Notes: generated from the letters alone by a model not told the origin. Counted from the stretch's first letter, positions 23,081 through 33,143 are shown. The stretch: 35,232 nt of DNA from Chiloscyllium plagiosum (GCF_004010195.1 NC_057756.1:5776034-5811265); one strand, 5' to 3'. Program-made: numbers and translations.

Positions 23081-23404
23081 AATATGAGAGGGGGGAGCAT
23101 TTTGCAGTGATCATAAGGCCATCAGATCAAAGATTGTTATGAAAAAAGGACAAGGATGGACCTGAATCCAAAGTTCTAAACATGGGAAAGTCCAATGTTA
23201 ATAAGATCAGATTTCATTTAGCTGGAGTAGATTGGGAGCATATACTTTTAAGTAAATCTCTGTCAGAATATTAGGATACATTCCTGAAGGAATTTGGGAA
23301 TGGGCCGAGCCAACGTGTTCCATAAAGATAAAATGTGAGATCAACAAATCCTGTGAACTCTGGATGTCAAGGGAAATTCAGGATTGGATAAAGAAAAAAA
23401 GGAA

Positions 23405-23578
23405 TGATCCAGAGATGCCGGTGTTGGACTGGGGTGTACAAAGTTGAAAATCACGCTAGCTTTCGGAGCGACGCTCCTTCATCAAGTGATCACCTGATGA
23501 AGGAGCGTCGCTCCGAAAGCTAGTGTGCTCCCAATTAAACCTGTTGGACTATAACCTGGTGTGGTGTGATTTTCAACT
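23405..23578. mobile_element. Foldback hammerhead element family B, copy B2
   Basis: 68-bp palindrome 23456-23523 with one mismatch; plus-strand core CAC CTGATGA A GGAGC GTC GCTCC GAAA GC TA GTG intact; A-rich approximate TSD (AGAAAAAAAGGAA / AGAAAAAGGAA). Confidence 0.85.
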
Positions 23579-24036
23579 GAGAAAAAGGAAGGCAGATATC
23601 GTGGGCTTAAAACTGTTGAATCCAGAAAGAAGTATATAACATGTATAAAACAAAACTTAAAAAGGAAACGGAGGGGGCATGAAAGGATAATGGCAGGTAA
23701 AATAAAGGAAAATCCTCATTACTTTATAAGTACAATAAGAATTTTTTTAAAACGCAGAAAGGTGTTGGGCCCATCAGAATTACCATGGTACCTTTAGCCT
23801 GGAGCCAGAGGTCAAAGGGAGGGTTCAAAATAAATACTTGGTGTTGGGGTTCAGCAGTGTGAGGGACAATGTGAGAGATCAGGGAGATGGAGTGTAATAT
23901 ACTTAAAGAAGTCAGCATGGACAGAGAGGAGATTCTGAGTGGTCTGGCAGTGTTAGAAGTAGATAAATCACCAAGTTCAGATGAAGTGTTTCTCAGACTG
24001 TTGAGGGTGGTAAATTTGGGGGGGATGTGGTAATAG

Positions 24037-24207
24037 TGTTCCTGATGAAGGGCTTATGCCCGAAATGTCTATCCTCCTGCTGCTTGGATGCTGCCTGACC
24101 TGCTGTGCTTTTCCAGCAACACACTCTCGACTCTGATCTCCGGCATCTGCAGACCTCACCTACAGCTCAGCGAGCAAACCTACACCCTAGACCTCACTTT
24201 CTCCCGG
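24037..24207 (+). mobile_element. Hammerhead element family A, copy A4, containing a 29-bp Penelope terminal fragment
   Basis: CTGATGA (24042-24048) A GGGC TTAT GCCC GAAA TG TC; approximate TSD GTGGTAATAG / GTGGTCATAG (24027-24036, 24208-24217). Confidence 0.82.
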
Positions 24208-24710
24208 GTGGTCATAGCAGGGGCACTGGCAAATATATTCAATTCCTCTGTGGATTCTTAATGTGGTTCTGTTATTTAAGACTGAAAGGTAATGCATTCA
24301 ACATAGTCTACTTCGACTTCAACAAGGCTTCTGACAAGGTCACATTTGGGAAGCTGACGATGAAGAAGAGACCATTGGATCCAAAGAAAGTCAACCTATT
24401 GGATATAGAACTGGCTGAGTGGCAGGAAGCAGATGTTTCTGCGACCGAAGGCCTGTGCCCAGTGAGGTCCCACAGGGATCACTGTTGGAATCCTTGCTGA
24501 TTGGAGATTCTATAAATGATTGACACATCAATGTTGGTCACTCAGCTTGTGGATTATATAAACTTTGGTGAGCTGATAAATAATGAGGAAGACAGCCGTA
24601 GATTATAGGAGGATATTGACGGTTGATCAGTGGCAAATGGAACTCCATCTGAATAAATGTGGGGGAATGCACTTGGGCAGGACGTACAGTATAAGGCAGG
24701 AGAGTACACG

Positions 24711-25045
24711 GGGATGGCATGGGGGCTCAGTGGTTAGCACTGCTGCCTCACAGCACCAGGGGCCCAGTTTTGATTCCAGCCTCGGGGTGACTGTCTGTGA
24801 GGAGTTTGCACATTCTCCCCGTGTCTGCGTGGGTTTCCTCCGGGTGCTCCCACAGTCCAAAGATGTGCAGGTTAAGGTGAATTGGCCATGCTAAATTGTC
24901 CATCATGTTCAGGGATGTGTAGGTTGGGTGCATAATTCAGGGGTAAATATAGGGTAGGGGAATGGGTCTGGGTGGGTTACTCTTCAGAGGGTCGGTGTGG
25001 ACTTGTTGGGCTGAAGGGCCTGTTCCCACACTGTAGGGAATCTAT
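24711..25045 (+). mobile_element. HE1 SINE
   Basis: Head, V domain and GAAGGGCCTGTT.CCACACTGTAGGGAATCTA tail. Confidence 0.92.
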
Positions 25046-25704
25046 CCTTTGGTTCCATGTTGAATGGTAGGTCCCTGGGAAGCACTGAAGATCAAAGGGA
25101 TCTTGGTGTCCATCTCCACTGTTTCCTTAAAGATAGCCCGAGTTGTTAACAGAGACATATGGAATAATGATCTTTATTAGCTGAAACAACAGAATACAAG
25201 GGCAGGGAGGGTGTGCTGGAACTGTATCAAACATCAGTTAGGCTGCAACTCGAGTATTACGTACAGTTCTGGAATTCACTTTATACCAGGGATGTGATTA
25301 ATTTGGAGATGGTGCAGAGGAGATCTACTCGGATGTTGTCTGGGCTGGAGAATTTGAGTTATGAAGAGTGATTGAATACACTGGGGTTGTTCCCTTGGGG
25401 AGGATAACTGAGGAGGTAACGTGCCTTGTGAAGTTTAAATTCACGGTGCAAATAGTTAGGATAGATAGAAAGAGGCTTTTCCCCTTGCTGGGGCATAGTT
25501 TACAAGTAAGGGGAAGGAGATTCGGAGGGGGTGTGAGAAAATATATTTTCATCCAGAGGGGAATCTGGGAATTACTGCCTGAGATGGTGGAAGAGGCAGA
25601 AACCATCAAAACATTTAGAACTATTTAGATATCCTCTGACATTGTCAAGGTGTACAGGGCTGTGGGCCAAGTGCTGGCAAAAGGGATTGTAATTGTTAGG
25701 TGTT

Positions 25705-26815
25705 TGAATTGAGACACAGTGAAAAGCTTTGTCCTGTGTGCAGCACAGGCAGGTCACAGAGGTAAGTAGCTTAGATAGGTAAATAACAGGGAAACAGCGG
25801 CAAAAACAAAAACACAGGGACAGGCGAATGTTAAGAGTTTGTCAGACCATTCAGTATTCTAACAGCAGTCGGGTAGAAACTGTTCCTAAACCGGCTGGTG
25901 CACGTGTTCAGGCTTCTGTACCTTCTCCCCGATGGTAGATTAGATTACATTACATTACAGTGTGGAAACAGGCCCTTCAGCCCAACAAGTCCACACCGAC
26001 CCGCCGAAACGCAACCCACCCACCTACATTTGCCCCTTCACCTAACACTACGGGCAATTTAGCATGGCCAATTCACCTAACCTGCACATTTTTGGACTGT
26101 GGGAGGAAACCGGAGGAAACCCACGCAGACACGGGGAGAATGTGCAAACTCCACACAGTCAGTCGCCCGAGCCGGGAATTGAACTTGGGTCTCTGGCGCT
26201 GTGAGGCAGCAGTGCTAACCACTGAGCCACTGTGCACAGGCTGTAGATAAACATTGCCAGGGTGGGATGGAGCTTTGAGAACGCTGGCGGCCCTTCCTTG
26301 ACAATGGGCCTGGGAGATGGATTCTGTAGATGGGAGGTTGGCCTTTGTGACTGTCCGGGCCGAGTTCCCCACTCTTTTGAATGGTACAGTTGCTGTACCA
26401 GGTAGTGATACATCCAGACAGGATGCTCTCGATGGGGCACCTATAAAAGTTGGCATGGGTATTCGCCATCATAACAAATTTCCTCAGCTGCCTGAGGGAG
26501 AAGAGACGTTGTTGGGCCTTTGTAACCGGTGCGTCCACATGGAGAGTCCGAGAAAGCTCGTTGTGGGTGACCACTCCCAGGAGCTTGACACTCTCCACCC
26601 GTCCCTCCTCAGTGCTGTTAATGTGCAGGGGGGGGCAGGAGTAACATCCCGCCGAAAGTCAATAATGAGTTCCTTGGTCTTGCCGGCATTGAGAGCTCGG
26701 TTATTCTCAGTGCAACATTTTTCCAGGTCTTCCCCCTCCCATCTGTAGTCTGTTTCATCGCCATCTGAGAGTCGACCGATTGTGGTGGTGTCGTCAGTGA
26801 ATGTGTAAATGGCCC
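25705..26815 (-). mobile_element. Rex1/Babar-clade LINE 3' portion
   Basis: F(T)DDTT.IGR.SDGDETDYR, LNAGKTKELIIDFRR, KAQQRLFSLRQLRKF, FYRC.IESILSGCITTWY are Rex1-type RT C-terminal motifs. Confidence 0.88.
25936..26235 (-). mobile_element. HE1 SINE nested in Rex1
   Basis: TAGATTAGATTACATTACATTACAGTGTGGAAACAGGCCC tail; reverse complement of the HE1 body. Confidence 0.93.
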
Positions 26816-26849
26816 CGGCATGTTTGAACATTTCACATTAAGAAATGCA

Positions 26850-27085
26850 GGGTTGACCACTGAGCCTCCTTCAGTACTGACCCCCCGAAGGTGCTGCACA
26901 CCATCAATACTGACTGGCTGACAGTGCAGCAATCCTACAGTACTGGCCCTCTGACCGTGTGGCACTCCCTCAGCAGTGAATGTTAGATAGAAAAGCGCTC
27001 TCTCAGTACTGCCCTGTCGACATGGCTGCATAACCTCAGTATGACAGTGAAGTACTTTCTTCAGACTGAACTGGAGTATCAACTC
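26850..27085 (-). repeat. Degenerate ~31-bp tandem repeat, same DeuSINE-derived unit as 18350-18490
   Basis: Recurrent CTCAGTACTG.CC...GACAGTGC.GCA units (about seven). Confidence 0.6.
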
Positions 27086-27409
27086 ATTAATCTGATCTGT
27101 GGAAAAGGAAGCTACATTGACCATTAAACACAGGAGCAGTACTTAGGCCCTTCAGCCCCCCCCCCCCCATCAAGTCTGTCCAACCTTCCAATCATAGCTG
27201 ATGTGTTTCTCAACCCCATTCTCCTGCTTTCTCCCTGTAACCTGTTATGAACTCAGCCAGACCACTCAAAATATCCTTAAGCAGGAAGCCCAGACCATAA
27301 CTTAGCAATTTGTTTCTCTAAGTGTACAGTGAAAATTACCCGGACTAAGTTAGCGAGGTTGACTACCAGGTTTTAAAACAGACAGAAATTTATTCACAAA
27401 ATTATATTT

Positions 27410-27567
27410 AAAAGGCAGTTGGGTGGGTATATGAATAGGAAGGGTTTGGAGGGATACGGGCCGGGTGCTGGCAGGTAGATTGGGTTGGGATATCTGGTCG
27501 GCATGGACGGGTTGGACCGAAGGGTCTGTTTCCATGCTGTACATCTCTATGACTCTATGATTCTATG
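27410..27567 (+). mobile_element. CR1 (HER1-type) extreme 3' tail
   Basis: Reverse complement of 34730-34890; ends CTCTATGACTCTATGATTCTATG. Confidence 0.88.
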
Positions 27568-28047
27568 AAACACAAAGAACAGAATACATAACCCCTACAG
27601 AATTCAATTTATCCAAACTAGACTTAATTATGCTGTTCCAAATAAACACAGCAGTCCCAATAAGCAAACCTCCTTAAAAACAGTTTAAAAATGGAACAGG
27701 GGCTTATAGCTTGAAGTTAGAAGGGCAGAAAGAGAGAGGGGGGAAGAGAGAGAGAGAGAGAGGGTTTTCACAAGCTGTTTCCACACAGCTGAACCCCCAA
27801 CTAGTTCTAGACTGAATTGCTCAGCTCGAGAGCTGACCACTCCCCTTTCATTATACAGGTCACTTCTAAAACGTGACCACTTTGGCCTGGTCTCATCTGC
27901 TTACATATAAACAAAATGGCCTCTCAATACCCTTTCATCTCTGTACCAAACCAGTCTAATCAGAACTGGAAGGGTTTTAATGACCCCTCTGAAAAAAAAA
28001 CAATGACACAGTATCCTTGAGAAAGGAACACCTTTTAGAAAAAAGGC

Positions 28048-28243
28048 AAAAGTGGGCACTGCAGATGCTGGAGATCAGAGTCTAGATTAGAATGGTGCTG
28101 AAAAAGAACAGCAGGTCAGGCAGCATCCGAGGAGCAGGAAAATCGGTTCCTGATGAAGGGCTTTTGGCCGAAACATCGATTTTCCTGCTCCTCGGATGCT
28201 GCCTGACCTGCTGTGCTTTTCCAGCAACACTCTAATCTAGATT
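28048..28243. mobile_element. Hammerhead element family A, copy A5, in foldback configuration
   Basis: ~65-bp inverted arms 28081-28145 and 28178-28241 enclose CTGATGA (28150-28156) A GGGC TTTT GGCC GAAA CA TC; approximate TSD CCTTTTAGAAAAAAGGC / CCTTTAGAATAAAGGGC. Confidence 0.82.
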
Positions 28244-28651
28244 CCTTTAGAATAAAGGGCCAGCTTTGTGACAAACCCTTGATCCCCTTAAACCTATCTA
28301 TCTCAGTCTTAAATATACTTGATGACCTGGCCTCCCCAGCCTTCTGTGGCAGTGAGTTCCGTTGATTCCTCAATCTCTAGCTGAAGACGTTATTCCTTAT
28401 CTCAACGGTATATCTCACATTTCACATTCTCAGCATCTCTCACAGTGCTTCATAGTCAATGGATTTAACTCATCATTATGTGCTTTGAGCTCTCAACTAC
28501 TCCCCTTAATGGGATTAAAGATGCATTGCTAAATGTAATTGAGTCTCACGTTCAGTTTATCTGTTCCAGGTTTTGTTTTTGGTGGATCCATTTGTACTAT
28601 GATAATGTTGGAAAATTCAGGCAACATGACATTCCACTGGTTGCCTTTTCG

Positions 28652-29440
28652 ATTAGATTAGATTCCCTGCAGTGTGGAAACAGGCCCTTTGGCCCAACAA
28701 GTCCATACTGACCCTAGTCTATATTTACCCCTGACTAATGCATCTAACCCACACATCCCTGAACACTATGGGTAATTTAGCATGGCTAATTCACCTTAAC
28801 CTATACACATCCCTGAACACTATGGGTAATTTAGCATGGCCAATTCATCTTAACCTATACACATCCCTGAACACTATGGGTAATTTAGCATGGCTAATTC
28901 ACCTTAACCTACACACGTTCCTGAACACTGGGCAATTTAGCATGGCTAATTCACCTTAACCTACACGTGTTCCTGAATACTATGGGTAATTTAGCATGGC
29001 TAATTCACCTTAACCGACACACGTTCCTGAATACTATGGGTAATTTAGCATGGCTAATTCACCTTAACCTACACACGTTCCTGAATACTATGGGTAATTT
29101 AGCATGGCTAATTCACCTTAACCTACACATGTTCCTGAATACTATGGGTAATTTAGCGTGGCTAATTCACCTAAGCTACATGTTCCTGAACACTATGGAT
29201 AATTTAGCATGGCCAATTCACCCTAACTTGCACATCCTGAACACTATGGGTAATTTAGCACGGCCAATTCACCTTAACCTGCACATCTTTTAGATTGTGG
29301 GAGGAAACCGGAACACCCAGAGGAAATCCACGCAGACACGGGGAGAATGTGCACACTTCACACAGACAGTCACCCGAGGGGGGATTTGAACCCTGGCATT
29401 GTGAGGCAGCAGTGCTAACCACTGAGCCACCATGCCGCCC
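28652..29440 (-). mobile_element. HE1 SINE with internal minisatellite expansion
   Basis: Tail at 28652, head ending GAGCCACCATGCCGCCC at 29440. Confidence 0.92.
28750..29290. repeat. Tandem array of ten ~54-bp units derived from the HE1 body
   Basis: CCTGAA units start at 28758, 28812, 28866, 28920, 28972, 29026, 29080, 29134, 29185, 29236. Confidence 0.95.
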
Positions 29441-30064
29441 ATTAATACAAAACGATGATTAATCGAAATGATTTCCGTACAACTGTGCAGCCTGCTGCCA
29501 AGTTTTCAATATATCACTGAGTTTCATCAGGGGATTCAGAGGCAACTTGAATTTGAGTCAGTTGGACAGTTCATGAGAATGAAAAAGAGAGGATTGGAGA
29601 AAGGGGGAGGAAAACAGGCCTTATTCCAACAATGAGCTGTGTTTGGAAATCCCTCACATTACTTACGGGAGACTGGAGACGATCAGTGTGTGGCTGAGAG
29701 GGAGCATGGAGCAGTTGGGACCATTCTTGGGGGTAGTAGGGACTGTACAAGTTGCATCTGAATTGGAATTGAACCAGCGCACGCATCCTTGTGGGGAAGT
29801 TTGTTTGTGCCGTCAGGGAAGGTTTGAACAAACTCTGTGGTTGTGATCCTGAGGGATGGTTCAGCAGTGGGAGAGACACAACCAGAGCAAGAAAAGACAG
29901 CAAGTGGGTCAGGAAGGTATAGGAAGTAATGTCCAGTTAAGGCACAAGGGAGATTGGTGCAAAGAACGCAAAGGAAGAGGAGCTGGGGGTACAATGAAAA
30001 TATGGGGTATATTCCCGTTGCTATCACTGAGATATGGTTGAGAGATTGACAGCTCAATATTCCA

Positions 30065-30390
30065 ACAGTGGCTCAGTGGTTAGCACTGCTGCCTCACAGC
30101 GCCTGGGACCCGGGTTCAATTCCCGCCTCGGGCGACTGTCTGTGTGGAGTTTGCACATTCTCCCCGTGTCTGTGTGGGTTTCCTCCGGGTGCTCCAGTTT
30201 CCTCCCACAGTCCAAAGATGTGCAGGTCAGGGTGAATTGGCCATGCTAAGTTGCCCGTAGTGTTAGGTACATTAGTCAGGGGTGAATGTAGTGGAATGGG
30301 TCTGGGTGGGTTGCTCTTTGGAGGGTCGGTGTGGATATGTTGGGCCGAAGGGCCTGTTTCCACACTGTAGGGAATCTAATCTAATCTAAT
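30065..30390 (+). mobile_element. HE1 SINE
   Basis: Head slightly truncated, V domain, (TAATC)n tail, ATTCCA flanking both ends. Confidence 0.93.
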
Positions 30391-30599
30391 TCCAGGATGT
30401 AGGGTCTTCAAGTGAAATGGAAGTCAGTAAACAAAGGAGAATTATCACCATATTGATGAGGGCATCAATGACAGTGGGTTTAAAAGGCTCCACAAACAAA
30501 GCCATATCTAAACAACTTAAAAAAGAAAAAGGAGTAATCACATTGCTGGGCGCACACTCTACAGAGACATGTGGATAAAGGTACCCATGAATATGCTGA

Positions 30600-31197
30600 T
30601 TGAAGAATTCTGTTACCTAGCTGATTTCAAATAGATCTTCACAAATAGACTTACTTTTGTTCAGCTTCCCAGATCATCATAGTTACAGATTTTGAACATA
30701 CACAACTACATGTAAACTTGTAAAATACCGTCAATATTAAAGAGATTCCACTGAATATGTTAGGACATTCACCCCCAGAAAGTAAACAAAGGCCCCTCAG
30801 GGAGGTTTGAGTTACAGGCCCAGAACTCAGCGGGATTGGGGCGTGATTGCGTTCGGTGCATTGTGTAAGGTCCAAGGATAGCAATGAGGCTGTCTGGGAA
30901 ACATCATGAGATCATGGAAGGCCTAAGCTTGGCCATAACGCTGCTCGTCATTGACCATCCAGTCACATGATGAATCGGACTGGCTGTGTCTTTAATTAAT
31001 TAATAAAACAATTGGTCTGTCGTTGCCAGTGTTTGTCTGAAAACAAATGTATAAAAGATTATGATTTTTCTTTGTTGATTGAAGAAGATTCTGATTCCCA
31101 GAGGTTTGTTCCCACTCCTGTAAATTCAGTAAACTCTTTTGATTCTGGAGGTAGACTCCAGGTATCGAGTGATTTATTTGGTCATTCTGCCCCAACA
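30600..31197 (+). mobile_element. Probable solo LTR remnant (5' end undefined)
   Basis: TGTATAAAAG (~31048), AGTAAA (~31128), terminus GTGATTT...CCCCAACA resembling the end of the 7016-7753 LTR; no clean TSD found. Confidence 0.45.
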
Positions 31198-31739
31198 AAT
31201 GTACGTCAGGAGGTGGAAGAGATAGAGGAACTTTATGAAAGTACATTCAATGAGGAGGTAAGTGTTACTGAGTAAGCTGGTGGAGCTGTGGGCTGATAGG
31301 TCCCTAGTATCTGGTGGACTCCATCCCAGGGTGTTAATGGAGATGGTGAACGACGTAGTTGATGGATTGTTGTTAGTTTTACCAAATCTGTTAGGTCCTG
31401 GGAAGATTCCACCAGGTTAGAAAGTAGCAAATATAACCCATCTATTCAAGAGAGGGAGAGCAAAAACAGAAAACACTTGTTATTAGGAAACTCAAGCTTT
31501 CTGTCATGGTGAAGCTGTTCGAACAAATCAATGAAAAGGGTGTTTAGACAAAAAGAAAATAATCCAGAAGAGCGTGTGTAGTTTTGTGAAAGGCAGATCA
31601 TGTTTAACTAAATTAGTGCAGCTTTCTGAAGGATTAATGAGTGCTGTGGATAATGGATGTGCTGTACCTTAGTTTCCAGAAAGCATTTGTGAAGTTGATA
31701 GATAATAGGTATTCTCCACAGAAGGTAAGTGAGAGACCA

Positions 31740-32014
31740 CATGGACCAACTTTAAAGTGAGGGGAGATAGGTATAAGACAGATGTCAGAGGTAGTTTCTT
31801 TACTCAGAGATTAGTAAGGGTATGGAAATGCTTTGCTTGCAACGGTAGTAGATTCGCCAAGTTTAAGTGCATTTAATTCGTCATTGGACAGGCATATGGA
31901 CGTATATGAAATAGTGTAGGTGGGATGGGCTTCAGATTAGTATGACAGGTCAGCACAACATCGAGGGCCGAAGGGCCTGTACTGCGCTGTAATGTTCTAT
32001 GTTCTATGTTCTAT
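31740..32014 (+). mobile_element. CR1 LINE 3' end
   Basis: FKVRGDRYKTDVRGSFFTQR, (ATGTTCT)3 tail. Confidence 0.88.
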
Positions 32015-32199
32015 GACCGTTACTGGGGCCTCAGCTTATGTACAGGTGATATCAATGACGGAGGCAAGGGGATAAGAATCACTGAGGTACAGGAGAAGCT
32101 TCACTCAGCCCCTCTCAAAGCAGGTTAAACGCTGTCCAGCTCTGCACAGAGACAATATCAGGGCCAGACAAAGGGATAACAGCTTGTTAGAAATTCTGC

Positions 32200-32354
32200 A
32201 CAAACTGCTACTTCCTCACTAAATCGACTTTCTGATCTCACCCTCATTGACAATTTTTGTAAAAATATAGAGGGGCGGTTGCAGAGGAAGAGGATATCAG
32301 TGCAGGCAGAGTATATTGGCAATTACTTCTCAGTTGGACAGCTATAGGGTAAGT
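32200..32354 (+). promoter_or_regulatory. Candidate promoter and non-coding first exon
   Basis: Unique sequence with ETS/PU.1-like sites (ACTTCCTC ~32210; GAGGAAG ~32284), GC box GGGGCGG (~32272) and consensus donor G|GTAAGT at 32349, 700 bp upstream of the leader exon. Confidence 0.4.
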
Positions 32355-32555
32355 ACCATAATGACAAGAGCTTACTTCCACGATCAACATAATCCTTTTC
32401 TGATGTTGTAATAATTTCTGATGTTATAGATTCCAATAATTGATGCTTTTGGAAGGCTGCTATTTGTTATTGAGGTCTGGCTGTAAGGTTAGATTCAGTG
32501 ATACAGATATTCTTTCTAGATCAAGACAGGAGGGGTATGTGGGGCCAGAAGCTTT

Positions 32556-32860
32556 GGACGGCACGGTGGCACAGTGGTTAGCACTGCTGCCTCACAGTGC
32601 CAGAGACCCGGGTTCAATTCCCGCCTCAGGCGACTGACTGTGTGGAGTTTGCACATTCTCCCCGTGTCTGCGTGGGTTTGCTCCGGTTTCCTCCCACAGT
32701 CCAAAGATGTGCAGGTCAGGTGAATTGGCCATGCTAAATTGCCTGTAGTGTTAGGTAAGGGGTACATTTAGGGGTATGGGTGGGTTGCACTTCGGCGGGT
32801 CAGTGTGGACTTGTTGGGCCGAAGGGCCTGTTTCCACACTGTAATCTAATCTAATCTAAT
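32556..32860 (+). mobile_element. HE1 SINE
   Basis: Head, V domain, (TAATC)n tail. Confidence 0.94.
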
Positions 32861-33103
32861 AACATCCCGAGGAGGTGTAAGTTTTGAACTAGTCCAAATT
32901 CTTTATTGATTTAATTTATTGAAGCCTCCGAACTTTCTGCAGAGCACCTATCATTCCTCAGAGAATCAAATTAGGCTGTGAGGACATTGTACAGATGTTG
33001 TTCTGACCTCTCGGGATCTGTGCAACAAGATGTGAGGTCTCGTTAATCTTTTCCCTTTCAGAGTTCGAGAGGGAGCAGCTGATGCAGTATCTGGGTACAG
33101 ACA

Positions 33104-33143
33104 ATGATCGGGAAATCTTGCTTCCTGCTGTTATTTCTGCAAG
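33104..33143 (+). CDS. Probable signal-peptide (leader) coding exon of an Ig-superfamily receptor, MIGKSCFLLLFLQ(G/A), within exon 33062-33143
   Basis: Strong acceptor TCTTTTCCCTTTCAG (ends 33061), ACAATG start context, basic then hydrophobic 13 codons, phase-1 donor CAAG|GTAATG. Confidence 0.6.

Larger units (their letters stand above)
23085..25700 (+). mobile_element. Old CR1 LINE ORF2 remnant (endonuclease end to 3' end) with several nested inserts
   Basis: AGTGATCAT (SDH), KENP, VDKSP..D, VYFDFNKA.DKV, LEYYVQFW, FIQRGIWELLP in collinear order. Confidence 0.75.
27243..28273 (-). mobile_element. Solo LTR with nested CR1 tail and hammerhead foldback
   Basis: TGTTA...TGACA termini, 4-bp TSD AACC (27239-27242, 28274-28277), minus-strand AATAAA near 27390. 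Confidence 0.8.
27125..28405 (-). mobile_element. CR1 3' end split by a solo LTR
   Basis: ...CTCCCTGTAACC | CTTGATCCCCTTA..TCTTAAATATACT..GACCTGGCCTCC is continuous across 27243-28273 and matches 13500-13630. Confidence 0.75.
29640..31700 (+). mobile_element. Very old CR1 remnant (ORF1 end, endonuclease, RT pieces) with nested inserts
   Basis: TTGCATCTGAAT (LHLN), GTTGCTATCACTGAGATATGG (VAITE.W), GTTTTGTGAAAGGCAGATCATGTTTAACTAA, TTTCCAGAAAGCATTTG. Confidence 0.6.

Noticed and set aside
28738..29293. Repeat-protein ORFs (NTMGNLAWLIHLN)n or a CRISPR-like array
   Set aside because: Head-to-tail 54-bp units of SINE sequence with no unique spacers; ORFs are a by-product of the period
31708..31730. 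Possible 3-nt micro-exon TTCTCCACAG|AAG|GTAAGT
   Set aside because: Sits at the edge of a CR1 remnant with a short pyrimidine tract; cannot be supported without spliced reads
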